Positions 37,375-46,707 of a DNA stretch of 64,000 nt are shown here, piece after piece. Origin of the DNA: an uncultured Bacillota bacterium. Its GTDB lineage: Bacteria > Sysuimicrobiota > Sysuimicrobiia > Sysuimicrobiales > Segetimicrobiaceae. The stretch is from positions 608,001 to 672,000 of the forward strand of contig CAWDRG010000009.1 in the NCBI GenBank assembly GCA_963804645.1. The letters are read 5' to 3'. Both the position numbers and the translations under genes were made by a program. Below the pieces are notes generated by a model. That model was given only the letters and a program-made list of their open reading frames with translations, was not told where the DNA came from and searched no databases. Position 1 is the first letter of the stretch. Each line of letters starts with the position of its first letter.

Positions 37375-38655
37375 TCACATCCTCCTGTGCGAGAGACCGG
37401 GAGCGGCCTGCCGCGGCGATTTGTAGACGATGCCGTCCTTCATCACGAGCTTGACGCGGGCGGGATCCGCGACCACGGAGATGTCCGCCAGCGGGTCGCC
37501 GTCGACCAGGATCAAGTCGGCCAGCTTGCCGGCCTCGACCGTGCCGAGCGCGTCCCGCAGCCCGAGCAGCTCGGCCGCGGACTTCGTGCTGGCCACGACG
37601 GCCTGCATCGGCGTCATCCCGGCCTGGACCATGTAGACCAGTTCCTTGCCGTTCTCGCCGTGGCCGAGGGCGCCCGCGTCGGTGCCCATCGCGATCTTGA
37701 CGCCGTGCTCGAGCGCGTACTTGAAGTTCCGGCGCTGCGTGTCGAAGACGAGCGGCAGCTTGGCGGCCACGTACGCCGGCAGCGACTGCGGGTCGGCGTC
37801 CAGGTGCTCCTTCATCCGCTGCGTGACGCTGAGCGTCGGCACGAGCCAGATGCCCTGGCGGGCCATGCGGGCGATGTCGGCCTCCTCGGCGACCGCGGCG
37901 TGCTCGATCGAGTCGACCTGCGCCTCCAGGCAGAGCTTGATCCCGTCGCCGCCGTGCGCGTGCACCATCACGCCCTTGCCGGCCGCGTGGGCCTCGTCCA
38001 CCATCGCGCGCAGCTCCTCGAGCGTGAACTGCCGGATCGCGGGCCCGCCCCGGGGGTTGCCGACGCCGCCGGTGGTGGCGATCTTGATCCAGTCGGCGCC
38101 GAGCCGGAGGACCTCGCGGACTTTCTTGCGGCACTCGTCGGGCCCGTCGGCGATGCCGTCCGGCACGCCGGGCAGCCTGGGGAAATCCGACGTGAGCCCG
38201 CACGGCTGGATGAGATCGCCGTGTCCCCCGGTCTGGGTGATGATCACGAGGCTGATGAACAGGCGCGGCCCGGCGATGATGCCCTGGTCGATCGCCATCT
38301 TCAGGCCAAGGTCCGCGCCCGCGGCATCCCGAAACGACGTGATCCCGGCGAGCAGCGTCTCGGTCGCCCAGCGGCCGACCTGCAGGACGGCGAGGCTCTG
38401 CGGCGTGTTGAACCGGCGCCGGAGGTCGTGCCCGAAGTGCGCGATGTGGTCGTGAGTGTCGATCAGGCCCGGCATCAGGGTGAGGTCCGGGTGCTCGTAC
38501 ACCGCCACCCGATCGCCCACCGTGCCCAGCTGGGACGCGGGCCGCACCTCGGCGATGCGGGCGCCCTCGACGACGACCGCCACGTCGCGGCGCGCGTCGC
38601 TGCCGGTGCCGTCGATCAGCCGCCCGGCCTTGATGATGCTCGTGGATGCTGCCAC
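37375..38655 (-). CDS. Metal-dependent amidohydrolase, close paralogue of 35291-36547
   Basis: MPGLIDTHDH, QTGGHGD, GADWIK, VHAHG, MGTDAG; AGGAG RBS with GTG start. Confidence 0.9.
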   Translation of the reverse strand: MAASTSIIKAGRLIDGTGSDARRDVAVVVEGARIAEVRPASQLGTVGDRVAVYEHPDLTLMPGLIDTHDHIAHFGHDLRRRFNTPQSLAVLQVGRWATETLLAGITSFRDAAGADLGLKMAIDQGIIAGPRLFISLVIITQTGGHGDLIQPCGLTSDFPRLPGVPDGIADGPDECRKKVREVLRLGADWIKIATTGGVGNPRGGPAIRQFTLEELRAMVDEAHAAGKGVMVHAHGGDGIKLCLEAQVDSIEHAAVAEEADIARMARQGIWLVPTLSVTQRMKEHLDADPQSLPAYVAAKLPLVFDTQRRNFKYALEHGVKIAMGTDAGALGHGENGKELVYMVQAGMTPMQAVVASTKSAAELLGLRDALGTVEAGKLADLILVDGDPLADISVVADPARVKLVMKDGIVYKSPRQAAPGLSHRRM

Positions 38656-38687
38656 GGATGCTCCTGTTCTGCGCGCCGTCCGGCGCG

Positions 38688-39767
38688 CTACGGCAGGCTC
38701 TTCCCGAGCCGGTTGATGAGGGTCTCGAGCTCGGCGAAGTTGTGCCAGCCGAGCTCTCGGTCGTGGTCCTCGATCTCGTAGATCATCCGGTGGAGCGTCG
38801 CGTTGAGCGGCACCGGGACGCCGACCTGCGCCGCTTTGTCTTCCAGGGGGCCGTGGCCCCACCGGACCTCCGACTTGCGCTTGCGGTAGACCAGGTCCCA
38901 GTGGATGCCGGACCCCTGCTTGACGTAGGTGTGGGTGCCGGCCCGCTGGTGCTCGATGGCGAACCGCGCCTGCTTTTCGACGGTGGCCCGGATCCACGCG
39001 AACAGCCGCTCCGTGTCCGCGTGGGTCTCGGGGAAGTACAGCGCCGGCTCGAAGAACGGGCCGCCGGGGACGTCGATGCCGTGCGCGCGCGCCACCTCCA
39101 GCGACTCCCGCACGAGCGGTCCGGTCACGCGCTGCGCGCGCGGGTCGGCGAGGACGACGTGATACGGGAGGTTTACGAGCGCGCTCGCGACGGTCTGCGA
39201 GCCGAAGCACGTCTTCGCCCAGATCCGCGCCGTGATGTCGGTGAGCAGGTGGCACTCCGCCATCTTCGAGAGTAGGCGGTGGACCGCTTCCGCGCGGGGC
39301 GTGATGCGGCCGTCGAGCTCGCCGACGTACACTGGTCCTTCGATCACGAACTCGAGATGGCCCGGGTCGACGTACGCCCCGCCGTAGTCCGGCAGGGCCC
39401 CGAGGGTGCGGTCCGCGCCGACCGCGGCGGCGATCACGTCCTCGTTCACCAGGCCGTTCTGCAGCGAGACGATGAAGCCGTCCGGCCGGAGCAGATGCCG
39501 GATCCCGTCCACCGCCTCGCGGGTGTGCTGGGACTTTACCGCGAGCAGCACGCACTCGAGCGGGTCGGTGAGCTCGTCCGGGGTGTACGCGCGCTGGGGC
39601 CCGAGGCGGTGGACGCCCCGCCCGCCGTCGATCCGGAGGCCCGTCGTCCGGAGCGCCTCGACGTGCTCGCGGTTGGCATCGACGAACGTGACGTCCTCAC
39701 CGCCCATCGACAGCCAGGCGCCCGTCAGGCCGCCGATCGCTCCCGCTCCGACGATCGTGATCCGCAT
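38688..39767 (-). CDS. Ketopantoate reductase (PanE/ApbA)-like NAD(P)-dependent oxidoreductase
   Basis: GAGAIG, AVKS, SLQNG, IWAK, RKRKSE. Confidence 0.85.
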   Translation of the reverse strand: MRITIVGAGAIGGLTGAWLSMGGEDVTFVDANREHVEALRTTGLRIDGGRGVHRLGPQRAYTPDELTDPLECVLLAVKSQHTREAVDGIRHLLRPDGFIVSLQNGLVNEDVIAAAVGADRTLGALPDYGGAYVDPGHLEFVIEGPVYVGELDGRITPRAEAVHRLLSKMAECHLLTDITARIWAKTCFGSQTVASALVNLPYHVVLADPRAQRVTGPLVRESLEVARAHGIDVPGGPFFEPALYFPETHADTERLFAWIRATVEKQARFAIEHQRAGTHTYVKQGSGIHWDLVYRKRKSEVRWGHGPLEDKAAQVGVPVPLNATLHRMIYEIEDHDRELGWHNFAELETLINRLGKSLP

Positions 39768-39792
39768 GCGCCGGCCCTGGGCGCGGCGCGCC

Positions 39793-40872
39793 CTACGGGT
39801 ACTCCTTGCCGAGCGTGCGGATCAGCGCGCGCAGCTCGTCGAAGTTGTGCCAGCCGAGCTCGCGGCGGTGATCTTCGATCTCGTAGATCATCTGGTGGAG
39901 CTTGGCGTTGAGCGGCACCGGGACGCCGACCTCCCGGGCCTTGTCCTCGAGCGGGCCGTGGCTCCACTGCACCTCCGACTTGCGCTTCCGGTAGACGATG
40001 TCCCAGTGGATGCCCGAGCCCTTCTTCACGTACTTGTGGCCGCCGGGCTGCTGCTCCTGGCGCCGGTAGGCGCTCTGCTTCGCCTGCGCGTCATCCATAA
40101 ACGTGAACAGGCGCTGCGTGTCCGCGGCCGTCTGGGGCGCGTAGAGCGCCGGCTCGAAGAACGGGCCGCCGGGGACTGTCACGCCGTGCGCGGCCGCCAC
40201 CTCGAGCGCCTCGCGGACGAGGGGCCCGACGACCCGGCGGGCGCGCTCCTGCCCGACCACGACGTACGAGGGAGCGTCCACGAGCGCGCTCGCGACGATC
40301 TGCGCCCCGAAGCAGGTCTTCGCCCAGATGCGCGCGGTGATGTCGGTCAAGAGCTCCGCCGCCGCGACGTGCGAGAGGAGCCGGTGCACCTCCCGGACGC
40401 GCGGGGTCAGGCGGCCGTCGAGCTCGCCGACGTACACCGGCCCCTCGATTACGAATTCGAGGTGTCCCGGGTCGACGTACGCGCCGCCGTAGTCCGGCAG
40501 CGCCCCGATGGTGCGCGCCCGGCCGATCACGGACGCGATCACGTCCTCGTTCGCGAGGCCGTTCTGGAGCGAGACGACGAAGCTCTCGGGGCGCAGCAGG
40601 TGCTTGATCCCCTCGACGGCCTCGCGCGTGTGCTGTGACTTCACCGACAGAAAGACGCACTCGAGCGGGTCGCGGAGCTCGTCCGGCGTGTACGCCCGCT
40701 GGGGTCCGAGCCGCTGATCCCCCCGCCCCCCGTCGATCAGGAGGCCCTGCGTGCGCAGGTGCTCGACGTGCTCGCGGTTGGTGTCGACGAACGTCACGTC
40801 CTCGCCGGCCATCGACATCCACGCGCCCGCGATGCCCCCGATCGCGCCCGCCCCTACGATCGTGATGCGCAT
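39793..40872 (-). CDS. Ketopantoate reductase-like oxidoreductase (tandem paralogue)
   Basis: Same motifs as 38688-39767 with long identical stretches; GGAGG RBS. Confidence 0.85.
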   Translation of the reverse strand: MRITIVGAGAIGGIAGAWMSMAGEDVTFVDTNREHVEHLRTQGLLIDGGRGDQRLGPQRAYTPDELRDPLECVFLSVKSQHTREAVEGIKHLLRPESFVVSLQNGLANEDVIASVIGRARTIGALPDYGGAYVDPGHLEFVIEGPVYVGELDGRLTPRVREVHRLLSHVAAAELLTDITARIWAKTCFGAQIVASALVDAPSYVVVGQERARRVVGPLVREALEVAAAHGVTVPGGPFFEPALYAPQTAADTQRLFTFMDDAQAKQSAYRRQEQQPGGHKYVKKGSGIHWDIVYRKRKSEVQWSHGPLEDKAREVGVPVPLNAKLHQMIYEIEDHRRELGWHNFDELRALIRTLGKEYP

Positions 40873-41195
40873 CGTCGTCCCTCCGGTGTGCGCGGTGACG
40901 CTGCGTGGGGATGCGGCGAGCGGCGCCTCGACCGCGCCGCGCAGACCGCACCGACGGCTACTTCTCGCCCGCCGGGCGCCAATACCTCTCGCCGGGGCGG
41001 GGAGGAGATCCGGGACGGTGACCAGAAGCACGCGTGCCAGTACGCGGCGGGCTCGACGCGGCACGGGTGGGGCGTGGACACGGTCACCGCCGGCGCAGAC
41101 GCGCGGCCGTCTCTGGAGGCGGGGCTGAGCGTGGTCGGCGGGGGGGTGCTCGGGATCGTCGCGCGGCCGGCCGGGGCGCCGTGGCGGGACCCGTC

Positions 41196-42137
41196 GTGAC
41201 CGTGTTCGTGCTGCGCCGGACGATCGGGCTCATCCCGCTCCTTGTCGGCGTGTCGATCATCCTCTTCTGTCTCCTGCAGTCGATCCCCGGCGGGCCGATC
41301 GCGGTCTACCTCGATAATCCCTACATCACCGCCAAGGATATCGCGCTGCTCCGCCACCAGTTCGGGCTCGATCAGCCGCTCTACGTCCAGTACTTGCGAT
41401 GGTTCGGCGCGTACGCGGCCGGGCACTGGGGCGTCAGCTACGCGTCGGGGCAGCCGGTCGCCATGCTGATCGCGGGCCGGGTGCCGGCGACGCTCCTGCT
41501 GATGGGCACCTCGTTTGCGCTGGCGCTCGCGTTCGCGCTGACGGCCGGGGTCTACAGCGCGCTCCGGCAGTACTCGGCGGCGGACTACGGGATCACCGTG
41601 GTGGCGTTCCTCGGGATCTCGATGCCGGTGTTTTGGTTCGGCCTGATGCTCCAGCTGGTGTTCGCGGTGCACTTCGGCTGGCTGCCCGTGGCCGGGTTTG
41701 GCGGCGGCAGCTGGGTCGACACCGTGCGGCACCTGGTGCTGCCCAGCGCGGCCCTCGCGATGTTCACGGCCGGGCGGTGGAGCCGGTACACGCGGGCCGG
41801 GGTGCTCGACGTGCTGCGCCAGGACTACATCCGCACGGCGCGCGCGAAAGGCCTGTCGCAGCGGCGGGTCGTCTCCCACCACGCGCTGCGCAACAGCCTG
41901 ATCCCCGTGGTGACGGTCGTCGCCCTGGACCTCGCGGCGCTCGTCTCGGGCGCCGTCGTGACGGAGACCGTGTTCGCGTGGCCGGGGATGGGCAACCTGC
42001 TGATTCAGTCGATCCGGAACGCGGACTACCCGACGCTCTTGGCGATCCTGATGCTCAGCTCGTTCGCGATCGTGGTCGCCAACCTGGCCGCCGACGTGTT
42101 CTACAGCCTGCTCGACCCGCGGATCGTCTACCGATGA
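41196..42137 (+). CDS. ABC transporter permease (OppB-like)
   Basis: FGLDQPLYVQY, DYIRTARAKGL, ETVFAWPGMG. Confidence 0.92.
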   Translation: MTVFVLRRTIGLIPLLVGVSIILFCLLQSIPGGPIAVYLDNPYITAKDIALLRHQFGLDQPLYVQYLRWFGAYAAGHWGVSYASGQPVAMLIAGRVPATLLLMGTSFALALAFALTAGVYSALRQYSAADYGITVVAFLGISMPVFWFGLMLQLVFAVHFGWLPVAGFGGGSWVDTVRHLVLPSAALAMFTAGRWSRYTRAGVLDVLRQDYIRTARAKGLSQRRVVSHHALRNSLIPVVTVVALDLAALVSGAVVTETVFAWPGMGNLLIQSIRNADYPTLLAILMLSSFAIVVANLAADVFYSLLDPRIVYR

Positions 42138-43009
42138 GCATGCGCGCCGCAGCGCTGCCGCTCCGGCGGTCCGGCCTGTGGCTCGACGCGTGGCGCCGGT
42201 TCGCGCGTGACCGCCTGGCGCTGACAGGCGGCGTGGTGCTGGCGGTCCTCGCGCTCGCCGCCGCGGGCGCGCCGCTGTTCACGCAGTACGCCCCGGATCA
42301 GGTCGACCTCCAATCGCTGGACGCAGCGCCGTCGGCCGCGCACTGGTTCGGGACGGACGACCTGGGCCGCGACGAGTTCAGCCGGGCGCTGTACGCTGGC
42401 CGCGTATCGCTGTCGATCGGCGTCGCGAGCGCGCTCGTGTCCGCGAGCGTCGGCACCACGGTGGGCGCCGCGGCCGGCTACTACGGCGGGATCGTCGACA
42501 GCGCGCTGATGCGCCTGACCGACGTCGTGCTGTCGATCCCGCCGCTGCCGCTCGTGATCGTGCTGTCGGCCATCGTGAAGCCGTCGCCGCTGACCCTGAT
42601 CCTGATCATTGCGGGGATCGGCTGGATGGGGACCGCGCGCCTCGTCCGGGGCGCGCTCTTGACGATCCGGGAGACCGAGTACGTCGAAGCGGCGCGCGCG
42701 GTGGGCTGCGGCAGCCTGCGGGTCATTCTCCGCCACGCGCTGCCGAACGGGCTCGCGCCGGTGATCGTGGCGGCCACGCTGGCCGTCGGCAACGCGATCA
42801 TCACGGAGTCCGTGCTCTCGTTTCTCGGCGTCGGCATCCAGCCGCCGACGGCCTCGTGGGGGAACATGCTGCAGAACGCGGAATCGACGATGGCGAGCAA
42901 GCCGTGGCTGTCGGTGTTCCCCGGGGTGTTCATCCTGCTGAGCGTGCTCAGCGTGAACGGGCTGGGGGACGGCCTGCGGGATGCGCTCGACGTGAGGTCG
43001 AAGGAATGA
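42134..43009 (+). CDS. ABC transporter permease (OppC-like)
   Basis: FGTDDLGRD, EYVEAARAVG, SFLGVGIQPPTASWG; ATGA overlap. Confidence 0.92.
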   Translation: MSMRAAALPLRRSGLWLDAWRRFARDRLALTGGVVLAVLALAAAGAPLFTQYAPDQVDLQSLDAAPSAAHWFGTDDLGRDEFSRALYAGRVSLSIGVASALVSASVGTTVGAAAGYYGGIVDSALMRLTDVVLSIPPLPLVIVLSAIVKPSPLTLILIIAGIGWMGTARLVRGALLTIRETEYVEAARAVGCGSLRVILRHALPNGLAPVIVAATLAVGNAIITESVLSFLGVGIQPPTASWGNMLQNAESTMASKPWLSVFPGVFILLSVLSVNGLGDGLRDALDVRSKE

Positions 43010-43067
43010 GGGGCGGGCCAGCCCGCCGCCGGCCCACGGGGCCGGGCGCAGCGTGAGGAGGGAGCGG

Positions 43068-44138
43068 ATGTCGAAGATCGCGATCGTGGGGTGCGGGGCC
43101 ATCGGCGGCCTGGCCGGCTTCTACATGGCCCAAGCCGGGGAGCCGGTGCTGTTCATCGATCAGAACGCGGAGCATGTGCGCGCGATCCGGGAGCGGGGCA
43201 TCTCCGTGAACGGGATGTACGGGCCGATGGCGATCGGGCCACAGCGCGCCGTCACGCCCGCAGAGATTGAGGAGCCGCTCGACGGCTTGATCTTCCTCGC
43301 GTGCAAGTCGCAGGCGACGGCCGCCGCGATCCGTGGCATCGCGCCGCACGTCGCCCCGACCGGCTGCGTCGTGTCGCTGCAGAACGGCATGAACGAGGAC
43401 ACGATCGCCGAGGTCGTCGGCCGCGAGCGCACGATGGGCGCGCTGCCCGACTACGGCGGCGCGTACCTCGATCCCGGCGTGCTCGAGTCCGTCCACGCGG
43501 GGGTCGTGTACGTCGGCGAGCTCGACGGCCGCCTGACGCCCCGCGCGCGCGAGGCGGCGCGCCTCTTGGGAATCGGGAAGAACACGTGCGAGCTGCTGAC
43601 CGACATCGTCGGACGGGTGTGGACCAAACAGGTCTACAACTCGCAGATCGTCGTGACGGCGCTGATCGACTCGGCCGCGGTCCTTGCCGACAAGAAGATC
43701 CAGCGGCTGGCGGGGGCGAACGTGCGCGAGGCGATGCAGGTGTCCGACGCGGCCGGGATTAAGCTGCACGGCGACGAGTGGTTTCACCCGGAGCTGTACC
43801 ACCCCAAGACGCCGGCGGACACCGAGAAGCTCCTCGCTTCGTACGACCGGCTCGTCGAGCACCTGTCGGGCCACAAGCTGACGCCGGCGCCCGGAGGCTA
43901 CCAGTACGTCAAGAAGGCGAGCGGCATCCACTGGGACATCGTCTACCGGAAGCGGAAGAGCGAGGCCGCCTATCTCACGGTGGTGATGATCGCCGACAGG
44001 TACGGGGTCAAGGTCCCCCTCAACGAGCGGATCGTCGGGATGATCGCGGAGATCGAGGACGGGAAGCGGCAGCTCGGCTATCATAACATCGAGGAAGCGA
44101 GCGCGTACGCGGCGCAGCTCGGAGTCGCCCTCCCGTAG
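43068..44138 (+). CDS. Ketopantoate reductase-like oxidoreductase (third paralogue)
   Basis: GCGAIG, SLQNG, GALPDYGGAY, VWTK, SGIHWDIVYRKRKSE. Confidence 0.85.
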   Translation: MSKIAIVGCGAIGGLAGFYMAQAGEPVLFIDQNAEHVRAIRERGISVNGMYGPMAIGPQRAVTPAEIEEPLDGLIFLACKSQATAAAIRGIAPHVAPTGCVVSLQNGMNEDTIAEVVGRERTMGALPDYGGAYLDPGVLESVHAGVVYVGELDGRLTPRAREAARLLGIGKNTCELLTDIVGRVWTKQVYNSQIVVTALIDSAAVLADKKIQRLAGANVREAMQVSDAAGIKLHGDEWFHPELYHPKTPADTEKLLASYDRLVEHLSGHKLTPAPGGYQYVKKASGIHWDIVYRKRKSEAAYLTVVMIADRYGVKVPLNERIVGMIAEIEDGKRQLGYHNIEEASAYAAQLGVALP

Positions 44139-44249
44139 GTGGCGCCCTTGGTGCCCGGCACTCCCGACACGTCACACTCGATGAGGCCCGCAGCATGACG
44201 GCCAGCGTGGTCGGCTGCAGGCCCGCGACTGAGAGAGATGGAGGATAGG

Positions 44250-45416
44250 ATGAGCGTAGAATTGTCAGATGATCAACGGTCGATCCGCGACGGCGTGCGC
44301 GATCTGTGCGAGAAGTTCCCCGATGCGTACTGGCGCAAACTCGACGAGACCGCCGCGTACCCGGAGGAATTCCTCAAGGCGCTCTCGGCGGGCGGCTGGC
44401 TCGCCGCGCTCATTCCCGAGGAGTACGGCGGGACCGGGCTCGGCATCACGGAAGCGTCGGTCATCCTTGAGGAGATCAACCACTCCGGGGGCAACGCCGG
44501 CGCGTGCCACGCGCAGATGTACATCATGGGGACGGTGCTCAGGCACGGGAGCGAGGAGCAGAAGCGGCGGTGGCTGCCCGAGATCGCGTCCGGGGCCCTG
44601 CGCCTGCAGGCGTTCGGCGTGACCGAGCCGGCCGCCGGCTCGGAGACGACGCGGATCCAGACGACCGCGGTGCGCCGGGACGGCCGCTACATCGTCAACG
44701 GCCAGAAGGTGTTCATCTCCCGGGCCGAGCACTCGGAATTGATGCTCCTGCTCGCGCGCACGACCCCGTACGAGGAACTCAAGGACAAGACGCGCGGTCT
44801 CTCGGTGTTCATGGTGGACCTTCGGGAGGCGGTCGCGCGGGGCACGGTGCAGATCAAGCCGATCCGCACGATGATGAACCACCATTCGACCGAGCTGTTC
44901 ATCACCGACCTCGAAATCCCCGCCGAGAACCTGATCGGCGAGGAGGGCCTGGGCTTCCGCTACATCATCGACGGGTGGAACGCGGAGCGGATCCTGATCG
45001 CCGCGGAGTCGATCGGGGACGGACGCTGGTTCATCGAGCGGGCATCGAAGTACGCGAAGGAGCGCGTCGTGTTCGGGAAGCCGATCGGCGCGAACCAGGG
45101 GGTGCAGTTTCCGCTCGCGCTCGCCCACGCGCACCTCGAGGCCGCGAACTTGATGCGGTTCCACGCGGCGGGCCTGTTCGATCAGGGGAAGCGCTGCGGC
45201 GCCGAGGCGAACATGGCCAAGCTGCTCGGAGCGGACGCTGCGTGGGAGGCCGCGAACGCGTGCCTCGACGCGCACGGCGGCTACGGGTTTGCCGCGGAGT
45301 ACGACGTCGAGCGCAAGTTCCGGGAGACCCGGCTGTACACGGTCGCCCCGGTCAGCAACAATCTCGTGCTCGCCTACCTGGGGCAGCACGTGCTGGGCCT
45401 GCCGCGGTCCTACTGA
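44250..45416 (+). CDS. Acyl-CoA dehydrogenase
   Basis: IPEEYGG, VTEPAAGS, NGQKVFIS, FGKPI, HGGYGF...VERKFRE. Confidence 0.92.
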   Translation: MSVELSDDQRSIRDGVRDLCEKFPDAYWRKLDETAAYPEEFLKALSAGGWLAALIPEEYGGTGLGITEASVILEEINHSGGNAGACHAQMYIMGTVLRHGSEEQKRRWLPEIASGALRLQAFGVTEPAAGSETTRIQTTAVRRDGRYIVNGQKVFISRAEHSELMLLLARTTPYEELKDKTRGLSVFMVDLREAVARGTVQIKPIRTMMNHHSTELFITDLEIPAENLIGEEGLGFRYIIDGWNAERILIAAESIGDGRWFIERASKYAKERVVFGKPIGANQGVQFPLALAHAHLEAANLMRFHAAGLFDQGKRCGAEANMAKLLGADAAWEAANACLDAHGGYGFAAEYDVERKFRETRLYTVAPVSNNLVLAYLGQHVLGLPRSY

Positions 45417-45450
45417 GGATCCCGAGGCCGCGCCGATGGGGGGCAACCGG

Positions 45451-46689
45451 ATGACGCGCCGAAACACGAAGCAGGCCGACGACCGCAGCGCGGCGCCGAC
45501 GGCCGGGATCCTGGGCGGGATTCGCGTCCTCGACCTGACCCGCAACATCGCCGGGCCGTACTGCGCGATGATCCTCGGCGATCTCGGCGCCGACGTCATC
45601 AAGGTGGAGCGGCCGGGGAGCGGGGACGACTGCCGCGAGTGGCGGCCTCCGTCGTGGCACGGGTACAGCACCACGTTCGTCAACTTCAACCGCAACAAGC
45701 GCAGCCTGGCCGCGGACCTCGACAGCGCGGACGGCCAGGAGATCGTGCGCCGGCTCGCCCGGCGGGCGGACGTCGTCGTGGAGAGCTTCCGCACCGGGAG
45801 CCTCGCGAAGCGCGGCCTCGATTACGCGCAGGTGCGCGCCGACAATCCCCGCGTCATTTACTGTTCGATCACCGGGTTCGGCTCGACCGGCCCGCTGCGG
45901 AACCGGCCCGGGTACGACCCGATCGTCCAGGCCTACTCCGGGATCATGAGCACCACCGGCGAGCCCGGCCGCGCTCCGGCGCGGACGGGTCCGTCCATCG
46001 TCGACAACGGCGCGGGGATGTGGTGCGCGCTCGCGGTGCTCGCCTCGCTGTACGCCCGCGAGCGCACCGGCGAGGGCAGCCGCATCGAGACCAGCCTGCT
46101 CGAGACCGGCGTGGCGTGGATGGGATACCACCTGCTCGGCTATCTGGGCACCGGCCGGGTCCCCGGCCCGGTGGGATCCAAGGCGGTGATGATCGCGCCG
46201 TACGAGGGCTTCAAGACGCGCGAGGGCTACCTGCAGCTCGCGGCGGGGAACGACCAGATCTTCAGGCGGCTCTGCGACGTCCTCGAGGTGCGTGAGCTTC
46301 TGTCGGACGCGCGGTTCGGCACCAACGCGGACCGGGTCACCAATCGCGACGCGCTCCACGAGCTGCTCGAGGCCCGCTTCGTCGCCCGCACCGCGCGGGA
46401 GTGGGAGGACATCCTGCTCGAGCACGACGTCCCGTGCAGCTGCGTACGGACGCTCGACCAGGTGGCCGCCGACCCGCAGGTCGAGGCGCTCGACATGCTG
46501 CCCGCGGTGCCCTATCCGCCGATCCCGGATCTGCGGCTGGTCAACCAGGCGTTCCAGATCAACGGACAGCGCGCATCCCGCCTGGAGCCGCCTCCGGAAT
46601 TGGGGCAGCACACCGACGAAGTCCTCGCGGAATGCGGCTACACGGCGGATGAGATCGCGGTCCTGCGGCGGGAGAACGTCGTCGGCTGA
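45451..46689 (+). CDS. CoA-transferase family III (CaiB/BaiF)
   Basis: RVLDLTRNIAGP, LGADVIKVERP, NRNKRS, GYDPIVQA, PELGQHTDEVL; start 45436 or 45451. Confidence 0.92.
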   Translation: MTRRNTKQADDRSAAPTAGILGGIRVLDLTRNIAGPYCAMILGDLGADVIKVERPGSGDDCREWRPPSWHGYSTTFVNFNRNKRSLAADLDSADGQEIVRRLARRADVVVESFRTGSLAKRGLDYAQVRADNPRVIYCSITGFGSTGPLRNRPGYDPIVQAYSGIMSTTGEPGRAPARTGPSIVDNGAGMWCALAVLASLYARERTGEGSRIETSLLETGVAWMGYHLLGYLGTGRVPGPVGSKAVMIAPYEGFKTREGYLQLAAGNDQIFRRLCDVLEVRELLSDARFGTNADRVTNRDALHELLEARFVARTAREWEDILLEHDVPCSCVRTLDQVAADPQVEALDMLPAVPYPPIPDLRLVNQAFQINGQRASRLEPPPELGQHTDEVLAECGYTADEIAVLRRENVVG

Positions 46690-46707
46690 GGGCTGAGGCG
46701 CGCGCGG

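Noticed and set aside
40873..41195. Remnant of an ABC ATPase C-terminus (HPCRVEPAAYWHACFW on the - strand)
   Set aside because: The resemblance is short and weak, has no Walker motifs, and is on the strand opposite the permeases.
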